A program made the position numbers and the translations under genes. 64,000 bases of DNA from Vicinamibacterales bacterium (GTDB lineage Bacteria > Acidobacteriota > Vicinamibacteria > Vicinamibacterales > 2-12-FULL-66-21): positions 2,812-66,811 of the forward strand of contig DASTVZ010000172.1 of assembly GCA_035758845.1 (NCBI GenBank), in the 5' to 3' direction. This document shows positions 1 to 11,265 of this stretch, piece after piece (within the stretch, counting starts at the first letter, position 1; each line of letters opens with the position of its first letter). The notes beneath the pieces are model-generated. The model saw only the letters and a program-made list of their open reading frames with translations, made no database searches and was not told the DNA's origin.

Positions 1-1564
1 CGACCTTGCTGTCCCCTTCGAACGCGAGCATGTGGGTTGCGATTCGATCGAGGAACCAGCGATCGTGACTGATGACGACCGCACACCCGGCAAAGGAGAG
101 CAGCGCTTCCTCGAGCGCTCGCAAGGTGTCGACGTCGAGATCGTTCGTTGGCTCGTCGAGGAGCAGCAGATTCGAGCCGCCTTTCAGTAGCTTCGCGAGA
201 TGAACGCGATTGCGCTCGCCGCCGGAGAGCGACCCGACCTTGCGCTGCTGATCGCGTCCTTTGAAGTTGAACCAGGAGACATAAGCGCGTGACGCGACCT
301 CGCGCTTGCCGAGCTCGACGGTGTCACGGCCGCCGGTAATCTCTTCCCACACGTTCTTCTCGGGCGACAGCGCATCGCGCGACTGATCGACGTGGCCGAT
401 TTTCACCGTCTCACCGAGTCGCAAGGTCCCGGCATCCGGCTGTTCCTTCCCAGTAATCATCCGGAACAGCGTTGTCTTGCCGGCACCGTTCGGTCCGATG
501 ACGCCGACGATGCCGCCGCGCGGCAGCGTGAACGACATGCCGTCCATCAAGAGAAGGTCGCCGTAGCCTTTGCGCAGGTTTCGCGCTTCGACGACGATGT
601 CGCCGAGGCGGGGGCCGGGAGGGATGTAAATCTCGACCTGTTCGATCTTTTGCGCCGTTTCCTCTTTCAGCAAATCCTCGTAGGCATTCAAGCGCGCCTT
701 GCCCTTGGCCTGTCGGGCGCGCGGCGACATGCGGATCCATTCGAGCTCACGGGACAGCGTCCGCTGGCGTTTGGTCTCCGCCTTCTCTTCTATCTCGAGG
801 CGGCGCTGTTTCTGTTCGAGCCACGACGAATAGTTGCCTTCCCAGGGAATGCCCGATCCGCGGTCGAGCTCGAGAATCCATCCCGCGACGTTATCGAGGA
901 AATAGCGATCGTGGGTGACGGCGACGACCGTGCCTGGATAGTCCTTGAGAAACCGCTCGAGCCATGCGACAGATTCGGCATCGAGATGGTTCGTGGGTTC
1001 GTCGAGCAGCAGCAAATCGGGCGATTTCAGCAGGAGACGGCACAGCGCGACACGGCGGCGCTCGCCGCCCGACAATGTCGTGACGTCGGCGTCCGGCGGC
1101 GGCAGCCGCAATGCGTCCATGGCGAGCTCGAGGCGCGAGTCGAGATCCCACCCATTGGCCGCCTCGATGCGGTCCTGAACCTTGCCTTGTTCCTCGAGGA
1201 CCTTCTCCATCTCCTCGGGGGAGAGATCTTCGCCGAACTTCGCGTTGATCTCGTCATAGCGCGTCATCAACGCTTTGATCTCAGCGACTCCTTCTTCAAC
1301 GTTCCCGAGCACGTTCTTCGTCGCATCGAGTCGCGGTTCCTGCGGCAGAAAACCCACTGAGATGCCATCCGCTGGCCAGGCTTCGCCAACAAACTGCTGG
1401 TCCTCACCGGCCATGATCCGCAGGAGCGTGCTCTTGCCCGCGCCGTTGAGACCCAGGACGCCGATCTTTGCGCCGGGCAGGAAAGAGAGCCAGATATCCT
1501 TGAGAACGACATGATCTGGAGGATGAACCTTGCCCAGACCTTTCATGGTGTAGATGAACTGCAT
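1..1564 (-). CDS. ettA: ABC-F ATPase EttA (energy-dependent translational throttle); the C-terminal ~35 aa lie beyond the left window edge
   Basis: Minus-strand reading from the ATG at 1562-1564 gives [53 protein letters not shown]. The second cassette has [27 protein letters not shown], and [24 protein letters not shown] lies at nt 1-60. It is missing from the ORF track only because its stop codon is outside the window. Confidence 0.9.
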   Translation of the reverse strand, partial: MQFIYTMKGLGKVHPPDHVVLKDIWLSFLPGAKIGVLGLNGAGKSTLLRIMAGEDQQFVGEAWPADGISVGFLPQEPRLDATKNVLGNVEEGVAEIKALMTRYDEINAKFGEDLSPEEMEKVLEEQGKVQDRIEAANGWDLDSRLELAMDALRLPPPDADVTTLSGGERRRVALCRLLLKSPDLLLLDEPTNHLDAESVAWLERFLKDYPGTVVAVTHDRYFLDNVAGWILELDRGSGIPWEGNYSSWLEQKQRRLEIEEKAETKRQRTLSRELEWIRMSPRARQAKGKARLNAYEDLLKEETAQKIEQVEIYIPPGPRLGDIVVEARNLRKGYGDLLLMDGMSFTLPRGGIVGVIGPNGAGKTTLFRMITGKEQPDAGTLRLGETVKIGHVDQSRDALSPEKNVWEEITGGRDTVELGKREVASRAYVSWFNFKGRDQQRKVGSLSGGERNRVHLAKLLKGGSNLLLLDEPTNDLDVDTLRALEEALLSFAGCAVVISHDRWFLDRIATHMLAFEGDSKV

Positions 1565-1567
1565 AAC

Positions 1568-1712
1568 AGAATTGCGGAGTGCTGATTGTTGATTGCTGAT
1601 CTTGTCGATTGCGGATTGTTGATTGAGATTGCTGATTGACGATTGAGATTGCCGAATTGATGATTTTATCGCGACTCGGCCAGCCGCCAAGCGCCAATCG
1701 CCAATCGCAGAA
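1568..1712. repeat. GATTG-word low-complexity element (copy 1)
   Basis: At least 12 GATTG-containing words (GCTGATTG, TTGATTG, GCGGATTG, GAGATTG, ACGATTG), then the reverse words CCAATCGCCAATCGC. It fills the spacer between the ABC exporter stop and the ettA start. Confidence 0.8.
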
Positions 1713-1715
1713 GAA

Positions 1716-3641
<1,926 letters not shown>

Positions 3642-3646
3642 GATTC

Positions 3647-4504
3647 CTAAGACGCCTTTCCCGTCGCTCGAGGCTCAAACAGCTGTAACGCGTAGCGATC
3701 GATCGCCTGCGCCACACCACCTTCATTATTGCTGCCGGTGACGGGCCATCCACGGGCCTTCAGATCGGGCAGCGCGTTTCCCATGAGCACGGCCGTTCCG
3801 GCAAACTCGAGCATCTGCAGGTCGTTCAGATTGTCTCCCATCGCCATCACTTCGGAACGCGCCAGCCCGCGCTGTTCCGACCAGGCGCGCAGCGCAGAGC
3901 CTTTGGAGCAACCTGCCGTAACCACGTCGACCATCGAAAAATCGCGGTGTTGATATTCAGTCAACGCGACAGAGAATTCGTCTGCAACGAGCTGCAGGCG
4001 ATCGAACAGCCGACGCATGTCGCCGCAGCCACCGGAAAACATGACCTGAATCGGATCCTCGGTCAAACACTGTTCGAGTGGCCGGACCTCACTCAGGAAT
4101 GGCCGGTTGACGGCAAAGAACCGGGCATGCCGCGGGTGATCCCAATCGATCGCTTCGAACACGACCTGGCTTTCGCGTACGCGATCGAATACGACCGCCG
4201 CACTGGGGCGATGCTCGGGCACTTGCGCCAGTACCGACCGCGCGACCGCACGAGGCAGGAGACTCCGCATCAGGGTCTGGCCCTCGCGAGTCTTCACGAT
4301 AGCGCCGTTGCTGAGGATGAGCGTGAGCGGGCCCGGGAGAGATTCGAAAATGGGGCGCGCGAAATCGTAGCGTCGTCCGGTTGCGAGCGCGACCTCGACG
4401 CCGGCGTCTAGCGCTCGCGAGATCGCTTCACGATTCGCGTCAGGGATGCGGCCTTCACTGTCGAGAAGCGTGCCGTCAATGTCCAGGGCTATGAGGCGAA
4501 TCAT
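3647..4504 (-). CDS. Cof-type HAD-IIB family hydrolase (sugar-phosphatase-like)
   Basis: MIRLIALDIDGTLL (DxDGT motif), ATGRRY, and C-terminal MGDNLNDLQML. Confidence 0.85.
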   Translation of the reverse strand: MIRLIALDIDGTLLDSEGRIPDANREAISRALDAGVEVALATGRRYDFARPIFESLPGPLTLILSNGAIVKTREGQTLMRSLLPRAVARSVLAQVPEHRPSAAVVFDRVRESQVVFEAIDWDHPRHARFFAVNRPFLSEVRPLEQCLTEDPIQVMFSGGCGDMRRLFDRLQLVADEFSVALTEYQHRDFSMVDVVTAGCSKGSALRAWSEQRGLARSEVMAMGDNLNDLQMLEFAGTAVLMGNALPDLKARGWPVTGSNNEGGVAQAIDRYALQLFEPRATGKAS

Positions 4505-4609
4505 TCACAAAAAGGGAAAAGGGACATGGGAAAAGGTCATTGTACCCCGCCATTTTGGAGTTTCCCTTTGGCCTTCCCTTTTCCCTTGTGCCTTGCGCCT
4601 TTTCCCTTG
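4505..4609. repeat. GGGAAAAGG/CCTTTTCCC-word palindromic element
   Basis: AAAGGGAAAAGGGACATGGGAAAAGG ... CCTTTGGCCTTCCCTTTTCCCTTGTGCCTTGCGCCTTTTCCCTT. It fills the spacer between the HAD start and the TonB-dependent receptor stop. Confidence 0.8.
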
Positions 4610-6850
4610 CTAGAACTGCACCCTGAACTCCCCCACCACCTGAGCCTTGATGATGTCGCCGAACACGTGCTGCTGCACGGTCTGATTGAGGAGATTGGTG
4701 GCCTTGATCGACGTCGTGATCGGATTCTTGGTGCTGCCCCAGCGAACGCCGAATCCGGCATTCACAAGCGTGTATGCGTCGGTCGTGCCGTGATATGCCG
4801 CATCGAGCACATCCTGCCAGAACGCATCGTCTGTGTATCCGACCGAAAAATTCCCCAGGTACCGGTCGCGATTGAATGACAGGCCGATGTTGAACCGGTT
4901 TTGCGGCGGCAAGTTCAGCTCACTGAGATCGAAGTCTTTCGGATCCGGAGTCGCCTGGTACGTGTAGTTGGCAAAAACGTTGAGATAGTTGTTCACCGGA
5001 CTGTCAATTCCCAACTCGAAACCCTTCTGCACGTAGCGGCCAAAGTTCTCGTACGTGAAACGGCCCGGCAGCGATTGTCCCGGGATGAAATTGATCAAGA
5101 CTGGCGGAAGAGGCCAGTTCGGTGGCGGATTGGTAGCCCTGTATCTTCCCGTGAGATCTTCGGTAAAGAGGATCTCTTGCTTGACGTTGTTGACATAGAA
5201 CGCGGCCGACACCACCGCGTGATTCGGCAGGATGCCGGTGTAGCCGATTTCGTACGCGTCGAGTGATTGCTCGTTCAGATCGGGATTGCCCACGATGTTG
5301 ATCGGGAGCGGGTAGACAGCCGGACCACCAAGCGCTCGAAGATCCACCGGTCGAGCGATAACGGTCGCCAGCCAGTTATTGATGACCGACGGCGCACGAT
5401 AGGCGCGATTGTATGACACTCGAATCGTTTGATTGTCGTCCGGTTTAATCTGCAACGTCGTTCGCGGCGAAAAGACCCAATCGTCCAGATAGTCAAATCG
5501 ATCGACACGCGCGCCGAGGGTCAACCAGAGATACTTGGACAGGAAGATCTGATCCTGTCCGTACACGCCGAACTCGGTGCGGTTGTCCGCCTGCGGAGCG
5601 ATCTCCAGATCGAAGCTGTTGAATCGTAGATTGCCTCCGAAGTTCACCGCCTGCTTCGTGCCGATTGCGAGCGTATCCGATACCTCGAAGTCGTAGGTCC
5701 GCGTATCGAAGGCAAAGGTGATCGGCTGCCCGTTCAATGGGTTCCTGGCGAGCAGGTTGTCAGCATCGCCGTGAAGGATGTTCGTGAAGAACGCCGCACG
5801 CACGGAGTTCTGCGAAACGGTCTTGTTGTAATTGACCTTGCCGTAACCCATCACCGTCCCGCCCTTGATGTCGAAGGGGCCGATGCCGCTGTGCATGATC
5901 CCGTCGGTGCCGGCAACGCCACCCGAAAACGACAGCTTGGCGCCATCGGGATAGTCGTAGTCGACGCGGGCATCGAACTTCGGCTGCGTCGAACCGCTGT
6001 TGCTGTAGGGAGGATAGGTCGTGGTTGTCACCGTGCAGACCTCGGGCCGATCGCACGGAATTTGTCCGGTCGGGCGCGCGAAGGGGTCCTGTGAAAAGAT
6101 GCCCGCTGACAACTTATATGCCCACCGGTCGTTGACCGCCTGCGCATGCGTGCCACTGGCGTACCAAAGCGGGCCGCCGTCCTGGTCATTGGCACCGGCA
6201 AAACCTCCGAAACCGAACGCGGCGCTCGTGCCCTGCATTTCGCGCGGCGACTTCGTGATCACGTTGACGACGCCGTAGAGCGCGTTCGCGCCCCAAACAG
6301 CAGACGCCGGTCCTCGTAGCACTTCAATCTGCTTGACTTCGTTCAGATTGACAGGGAGGAAATCCCACATGACGAATCCGAACATGTCCTGATAGAGACT
6401 TCGGCCGTCCAGCACCGCAAGCAGTCCGGTGGCCAGGGTTCCGGTCGCCCCGCGCGTCGTGACGTTAATGTCGCGAGCCGACACCTGGGTCATGTTCAAG
6501 CCCGGAACGGGGCGGAGCAACTCGGCGAAGTTCGGCGAGGTCGCCTGTTCGATCGCCCTCGTACCGATGACCGTCACGGTCGCCGGAGCGTCGGCGATCT
6601 TCTGGGGCGTTCTCGAGACGACATCGACCGTCTCTTCGTATTGCGGGGTAACGGGTGGACTGGTCGGCTGCTGGGTCGCCGGTGGCTGCTGCGTAGTAGT
6701 TGTGGGCTGCTGCGTAGTAGTCGTGGGCTGCTGCGTCGTTGGCTGCTGTGACGTGCGGGACTGCGACGCTTGCGGTGCGGCAGACAGCGGTGGCGCCACG
6801 ACGACAACAACGGCGGCCGCCACGAGGGCGGCGCGACAGGCCAGTTTCAT
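4610..6850 (-). CDS. TonB-dependent outer-membrane receptor with a Thr/Gln/Pro-rich N-terminal linker
   Basis: Internal ATG (aa 21 of the track ORF) gives the signal peptide MKLACRAALVAAAVVVVVAPPLSA. Plug motifs are VTVIGTRAIEQ and LRGPASAVWGANALYGVVNVITK. A long beta-barrel ends in GEFRVQF (aromatic C-terminus). Confidence 0.9.
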   Translation of the reverse strand: MKLACRAALVAAAVVVVVAPPLSAAPQASQSRTSQQPTTQQPTTTTQQPTTTTQQPPATQQPTSPPVTPQYEETVDVVSRTPQKIADAPATVTVIGTRAIEQATSPNFAELLRPVPGLNMTQVSARDINVTTRGATGTLATGLLAVLDGRSLYQDMFGFVMWDFLPVNLNEVKQIEVLRGPASAVWGANALYGVVNVITKSPREMQGTSAAFGFGGFAGANDQDGGPLWYASGTHAQAVNDRWAYKLSAGIFSQDPFARPTGQIPCDRPEVCTVTTTTYPPYSNSGSTQPKFDARVDYDYPDGAKLSFSGGVAGTDGIMHSGIGPFDIKGGTVMGYGKVNYNKTVSQNSVRAAFFTNILHGDADNLLARNPLNGQPITFAFDTRTYDFEVSDTLAIGTKQAVNFGGNLRFNSFDLEIAPQADNRTEFGVYGQDQIFLSKYLWLTLGARVDRFDYLDDWVFSPRTTLQIKPDDNQTIRVSYNRAYRAPSVINNWLATVIARPVDLRALGGPAVYPLPINIVGNPDLNEQSLDAYEIGYTGILPNHAVVSAAFYVNNVKQEILFTEDLTGRYRATNPPPNWPLPPVLINFIPGQSLPGRFTYENFGRYVQKGFELGIDSPVNNYLNVFANYTYQATPDPKDFDLSELNLPPQNRFNIGLSFNRDRYLGNFSVGYTDDAFWQDVLDAAYHGTTDAYTLVNAGFGVRWGSTKNPITTSIKATNLLNQTVQQHVFGDIIKAQVVGEFRVQF
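6650..6748 (-). repeat. In-frame ~21-nt tandem repeats encoding (QQPTTTT)n in the TonB-dependent receptor
   Basis: Protein QQPTTQQPTTTTQQPTTTTQQPPATQQPTSPP. The DNA reads GGCTGCTGCGTAGTAGTTGTG / GGCTGCTGCGTAGTAGTCGTG / GGCTGCTGCGTCGTT. Confidence 0.85.
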
Positions 6851-6876
6851 ACACGCTCCTTTGCGTCTAAAAGTCT

Positions 6877-6990
6877 CCGAGGGCGTCCTCCCTCGGACTC
6901 CCTTGTACACGCTGGCTCGCGGGGGCCCCGCGAGCCCGGCTCCGCTCGCGTGGGCTCACTCGCGCGCTCGTTCGCCAAGTTCGGATTGAG
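6877..6990. repeat. GC-rich REP-like element (hairpin + ACTCCC..ACACGCT + CTCGCGGGGGCCCCGCGAG words)
   Basis: CCGAGGGCGTCCTCCCTCGGACTCCCTTGTACACGCTGGCTCGCGGGGGCCCCGCGAGCCCGGCTCCGCTCGCGTGGGCTCACTCGCGCGCTCG. Confidence 0.75.
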
Positions 6991-7165
6991 GTCGGGAGCC
7001 CATGCTTGCCAGAGTATCGGCCGGTGCATGAGAAGTCGTGAATAAACCGTGAAGAAACACTTGGGCCGTCCTGGCGGTGGGGTGAATAGGGTGTCCCGGG
7101 TATACCACAGCCAAATCGCGGCTTCAACACTGCTACACTGAGCGGCTGCAACTGCGACCTTCGTC

Positions 7166-8221
7166 ATGACCGTGGACTCCCCAGTCACCGCCACGCGCGA
7201 CATCATCTCACCGGACGTGTGGTCAAACTGGCCCGACGAGAAACTCCTCGACCTCCGGATCTCGCAGCTCGGCGTCGCGATTGAAGGAAGCGTGCTGGAG
7301 TCGCGGATCGCCGAGTTGCAGAAGGAAATCGATGCGCGCGGCCTCGCCTTTCAGCCGCACTTCTGGTTATCGGCCGAATGGTTCTCGCCCGACGGCGTGC
7401 CTGGTGTGGCCATCCCGTTCTATCTCGCGCATCCACGGCTCGAGAAACTCGAGCGCGCTCAGATGCTCGAGGTCGAGGGAGGCAACGAGGCGTGGTGCAT
7501 GAAGATCCTTCGCCACGAGGCTGGCCACGCGATCGACAACGCTTATAAGCTTCGCCAGCGCCGGCGGCGGCAACAGCTGTTTGGGCCGTCCTACATGCAA
7601 TACCCCGAGTACTACACGCCAAAGCCGTACAGCAAAAGCTTCGTGCTTCATCTCGATAGCTGGTACGCGCAAAGCCATCCCGATGAAGATTTCGCGGAAA
7701 CGTTTGCCGTCTGGCTCGCGCCGGAATCAGACTGGCGCGAGCGCTACAAAGGATGGCCCGCGCTCAAGAAACTCGAGTACATCGACACGCTGATGCGCGA
7801 TCTCGCGGGAAAGTCGATGATCGTTCAGACCCGGCGCAAGGTCGAACCGCTTCACAGCCTCCGAAAGACGCTGCGATCGCACTATGAACGGAAGCGTCGC
7901 CACTACGGCGTCGAACATCCGCATTTCTACGATCGCGACCTCAACCGTCTGTTCTCGTCGCGCCCGGAGCATGAGGGCAACATGAAGGCCGCGCGGTTCA
8001 TCGCGCGCCTGCGTAAAGAAGTGCGCCGCATGGTGGCCGCCCACACGGGCGAGTATCAATACACGATTGATCAGGTTCTCGAGAACATGATCAAGCGCGC
8101 GAACGAGATGGACTTGCGGTTGAAGAGACCGGAGGATGAAACGAAACTCGACTTTACGATCATGCTGACCGTGCAGACGATGAATTACCTGCACAGCGGC
8201 CGACACAGAGTCGCTCTGTGA
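7166..8221 (+). CDS. Putative cytoplasmic zinc-binding metallopeptidase-like protein (HExxH)
   Basis: ILRHEAGHAIDNAY HExxH motif followed by HPDEDFAETFAVWL. No signal peptide. The family assignment (Peptidase_Mx-like) is from memory only. Confidence 0.55.
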   Translation: MTVDSPVTATRDIISPDVWSNWPDEKLLDLRISQLGVAIEGSVLESRIAELQKEIDARGLAFQPHFWLSAEWFSPDGVPGVAIPFYLAHPRLEKLERAQMLEVEGGNEAWCMKILRHEAGHAIDNAYKLRQRRRRQQLFGPSYMQYPEYYTPKPYSKSFVLHLDSWYAQSHPDEDFAETFAVWLAPESDWRERYKGWPALKKLEYIDTLMRDLAGKSMIVQTRRKVEPLHSLRKTLRSHYERKRRHYGVEHPHFYDRDLNRLFSSRPEHEGNMKAARFIARLRKEVRRMVAAHTGEYQYTIDQVLENMIKRANEMDLRLKRPEDETKLDFTIMLTVQTMNYLHSGRHRVAL

Positions 8222-8239
8222 ATTGCTGAAGGCTGATTG

Positions 8240-8345
8240 GTGAATCGCGCCGGGATCCGGTGTGCGGGATCCGCGATCCGATCCGTTGCACGGCCTGGAT
8301 CAACTCGGAAAACGGATCCCGGAAAACGGATCCCGACAGCCCGCC
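8240..8345. repeat. GGATCC-word element
   Basis: CCGGGATCCGGTGTGCGGGATCCGCGATCCGATCCG...GGAAAACGGATCCCGGAAAACGGATCCCGAC. Confidence 0.75.
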
Positions 8346-8411
8346 TACGACAGGACCGAGGTACTGGCCTTCGTTCCCCCCCACCCTGGAGTCACCTCGC
8401 CTGACGCTGCG

Positions 8412-8420
8412 TGGTAAAAT
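8412..8420 (+). promoter_or_regulatory. Candidate extended -10 promoter element (TGgTAAAAT) for the cytochrome c/PHM-like array
   Basis: TGGTAAAAT lies 36 nt upstream of the ATG at 8456. No convincing -35 element. By-eye call only. Confidence 0.3.
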
Positions 8421-8455
8421 ACCCCCCTTCAACCACCGTCTTCTGGAGAGATCCT

Positions 8456-9775
8456 ATGCGTAAGCTCGTGCCGCTGGCCCTTGGTACTGCCATGTGTCTC
8501 GGCGCGCTGACGGCTGCCGCACCCCAGAACCCGAGGACGGCACCGGCCACCATTCCGACCTATACGAAAGACATCGCACCCATCCTCTTTAAGAACTGCA
8601 CGAGCTGTCATAGACCCGGCGAGATCGGACCGATGTCGCTTCTCACCTACGACGACGTGCGTCCGAGGGCGAAGGACATCCGCGACAAGATCGACGAAGG
8701 GGTCATGCCTCCCTGGCACGCCGACGCGGCCCCCGGCACCTTCCTGAACGAGCGCGGCTTGAGCCAGGAGGAAAAAAGCACGATCTTCCGCTGGGTTGCG
8801 AATGGGGCACCGAAAGGCGACCCCAAGGACATGCCACCGACACCCCAGTATCCGAACGGCTGGTCGATCGGAGCGCCGGATGTCGTATTCGAGATGACCG
8901 AGGACTACCGCGTCCCGGCCGACGACGTCGTCCAGTACGAGTACTTCTACATTCCGACCAACTTTACGGAACCCAAGTGGGTGCAGGCGATTGAAATCCG
9001 TCCGGGAAATCGCAACGTCGTGCATCACGTCCTGGTCAGATACAAGGCGAAGCCGGACGTGCGACGCACTCCTTTGCTGAAGCTCAATCCCGACATTTCG
9101 AGTCTTCCGAAGACCACACCGGGACTTCGCCCGAAGCGCGCCGACGATCTCCCGGCTCGGCTTCTCGCTACCTATGCCCCCGGCACAAATCCGCAGGTGT
9201 TTCGCTCGGGCACCGCATTACGTCTCGAGCCCGGTGGTGTCCTCGAACTGCAGATGCATTACACCGCGGCGGGACAGGACGAGACCGATCGCACGCGAGT
9301 CGGCATGATCTTCTCGAAGGATCCGTCTCCGCGTGAAGTCTTGGCATCACAATTCTTCAACGCGACGCTGAAACTCCCTGCAGGCGCGGCAGAGGTGCAG
9401 GTCGATGCCGACGTGGAGTTCGCACAGGATGCAACAGTGTGGGGACTCTTCCCTCATACCCACGTCAGAGGCAAGAGGTGGGAATACGTGCTGCAACTCC
9501 CGGATGGATCGAAGAAGACGATCCTGTCGGTGCCTCGCTACAACTTCAATTGGCAGACGTACTACATGTTCAGCGAACCATTGCGGGTGCCGAAGGGTTC
9601 CAAGATCCTGTCGACCGCCTGGTACGACAATTCAGCTGGCAACCGGGCGAACCCGGACCCGACTATCGACGTAGGGTGGGGTGACCAGACCTGGGAAGAA
9701 ATGCAGTACACGGGGATTCTCGTTTCGGCATCATCGCCGTCGTCCTCCTCAGCCACATCGGGCAATCCGAGATGA
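8456..9775 (+). CDS. Secreted cytochrome c (CxxCH) :: PHM/DBH-like copper monooxygenase fusion protein, paralogue 1
   Basis: ATG at aa 16 of the track ORF is preceded by GGAGAG. Signal peptide MRKLVPLALGTAMCLGALTAAAP. Motifs in order are CTSCH, MPPWHAD, VVHHVLV, LELQMHYT, FPHTHVRGKRWEY, YNFNWQ and GDQTWEEM. Confidence 0.8.
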   Translation: MRKLVPLALGTAMCLGALTAAAPQNPRTAPATIPTYTKDIAPILFKNCTSCHRPGEIGPMSLLTYDDVRPRAKDIRDKIDEGVMPPWHADAAPGTFLNERGLSQEEKSTIFRWVANGAPKGDPKDMPPTPQYPNGWSIGAPDVVFEMTEDYRVPADDVVQYEYFYIPTNFTEPKWVQAIEIRPGNRNVVHHVLVRYKAKPDVRRTPLLKLNPDISSLPKTTPGLRPKRADDLPARLLATYAPGTNPQVFRSGTALRLEPGGVLELQMHYTAAGQDETDRTRVGMIFSKDPSPREVLASQFFNATLKLPAGAAEVQVDADVEFAQDATVWGLFPHTHVRGKRWEYVLQLPDGSKKTILSVPRYNFNWQTYYMFSEPLRVPKGSKILSTAWYDNSAGNRANPDPTIDVGWGDQTWEEMQYTGILVSASSPSSSSATSGNPR

Positions 9776-9799
9776 ACGCGAACAATGAAAGGTAGTTGC

Positions 9800-11185
9800 A
9801 TGAAGTCCTTTTTTGCCATTGGCGCGACCGCAATGATTCTGAGCGCCGCCATCGCCGGCGCGAGCGGTTCCCCCGATCAGACATCGTCGAAACCGACGGT
9901 GCCGACGTTCACCAAGGATGTCGCGCCGATCCTCTACAAGAACTGCACAACCTGTCACCGTCCGGGCGAGATTGGCCCGATGTCGCTTCTCACCTACGAC
10001 GATGTGCGGCCGCGGGCGAAAGACATTCGCGACAAGGTCGCCGACGGCGTGATGCCGCCATGGCATGCCGACAAGGCGCATGGAAAGTTTTCAAACGAAC
10101 GCCGCCTCACCGACGAGGAGAGGTCGGTGCTGCTGCGGTGGGCGAACAATGGGGCACCGAAAGGTGACGACAAAGACATGCCACCAGCGCCGAAGTACGT
10201 GGATGGCTGGTCGCTTGGGCAGCCGGACGCTGTCATCGAGATGCCGGTGGATTACAAGGTGCCGGCGGATGGCTTCGTCGAGTACGAGTACTTCGAAATC
10301 CCGACGAACTTCACTGAAGACAAGTGGGTCGAGGCACTCGAGGTGCGACCCGGAGCGCGTGCCGTGGTCCATCACGTGATCGTGACCGCCAGGCCCGCGA
10401 AGCCGGAGCCGAGGCCCGGCGGATTCACATTTGCGAAGGGGATGGAGATCCCGAGGGGTCAGACCGGAGCACAACCAGGCGAAAAGCCGGTAGATCCGAA
10501 GCACGGTAAAGGCCAAAGCCTCTTTCCCGCACCGCAGCGACTCGGTGTATTCATCGCCGGCTTTGCTCCGGGCACGAGTCCGTTCCGCTTCGATCCGGGA
10601 TCGGCCGTGCTGATTCGGGCGGGTTCAACGATCGTCCTGCAGATGCATTACACGACGAACGGCAAGGAGGCCGTCGATCGCACCAAGGTCGGGCTGTTCT
10701 TCGCAAAGCAACCGCCACAAACCGAGATGCGCCTGGGCACGTTGATCAATGGTCAACTCAAGATCCCCGCGGGCGAGAAGGATTATTCAATCTCGGCCGA
10801 CATGACGACGCTGACCGATGTCACCCTCCGGTCGCTGTTGCCGCATACTCATCTCCGCGGAAAGAGCTGGGAGTACACGGCCATCTATCCTGACGGTCGT
10901 TCGGAGGTCATCCTGTCGGTGCCCAAGTACGATTTCAACTGGCAGACGGAGTACATTTTCGCCCAGCCGCTGAAGCTTCCGAAGGGCACGAGAATCCACG
11001 CGATCGCTCATTACGACAACTCCGCCGCGAACAAGTCGAACCCAGATCCCACGGCCGATGTGTCATGGGGCGATCAGACGTGGGAGGAAATGATGTTCAC
11101 GGGCATCGTCTACTCCATCGATGGAGTCAAGCCGGGCGAGAACTACAAACTCGAGCTTGGCGGGCGCGGCAACGGCGGACAGTGA
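9800..11185 (+). CDS. Secreted cytochrome c (CxxCH) :: PHM/DBH-like copper monooxygenase fusion protein, paralogue 2
   Basis: Signal peptide MKSFFAIGATAMILSAAIAGASG (alternative ATG at 9785). Motifs in order are CTTCH, MPPWHAD, VVHHVIV, VLQMHYT, LPHTHLRGKSWEY, YDFNWQ and GDQTWEEM. It is clearly paralogous to 8456-9775. Confidence 0.8.
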   Translation: MKSFFAIGATAMILSAAIAGASGSPDQTSSKPTVPTFTKDVAPILYKNCTTCHRPGEIGPMSLLTYDDVRPRAKDIRDKVADGVMPPWHADKAHGKFSNERRLTDEERSVLLRWANNGAPKGDDKDMPPAPKYVDGWSLGQPDAVIEMPVDYKVPADGFVEYEYFEIPTNFTEDKWVEALEVRPGARAVVHHVIVTARPAKPEPRPGGFTFAKGMEIPRGQTGAQPGEKPVDPKHGKGQSLFPAPQRLGVFIAGFAPGTSPFRFDPGSAVLIRAGSTIVLQMHYTTNGKEAVDRTKVGLFFAKQPPQTEMRLGTLINGQLKIPAGEKDYSISADMTTLTDVTLRSLLPHTHLRGKSWEYTAIYPDGRSEVILSVPKYDFNWQTEYIFAQPLKLPKGTRIHAIAHYDNSAANKSNPDPTADVSWGDQTWEEMMFTGIVYSIDGVKPGENYKLELGGRGNGGQ

Positions 11186-11189
11186 ATAA

Positions 11190-11265
11190 AAGGGAAGGCG
11201 CCTGCGGCCCGAGCGAGGCGCGAAGCCGCCGAGCGAGAGCGAGCGGGGGTGGGGCCCCGCGAGCA
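11190..11265. repeat. GC-rich REP-like element (opposite orientation)
   Basis: GGCGCCTGCGGCCCGAGCGAGGCGCGAAGCCGCCGAGCGAGAGCGAGCGGGGGTGGGGCCCCGCGAGC. Confidence 0.75.

Noticed and set aside
392-1360. 322-aa plus-strand ORF opposite ettA
   Set aside because: It is a shadow ORF of a high-GC gene. The minus strand encodes an unmistakable EttA. The plus-strand translation is Arg/Ala/Gly/Leu-rich and has no motif.
6851-7165. Possible cobalamin, TPP or other riboswitch in the 315-nt leader of the TonB-dependent receptor
   Set aside because: No B12-box-like or other riboswitch consensus was recognised on the minus strand. About a third of the region is a REP-like repeat. This could be settled by an Rfam/Infernal scan.
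8260-8463. Small ORFs translating REP-like elements (also 29049-29354, 39778-40092, 6867-7151 and 1404-1697)
   Set aside because: Their peptides (for example [31 protein letters not shown]) are read-throughs of repeated intergenic hairpins or word arrays on either strand. They have no independent coding support.
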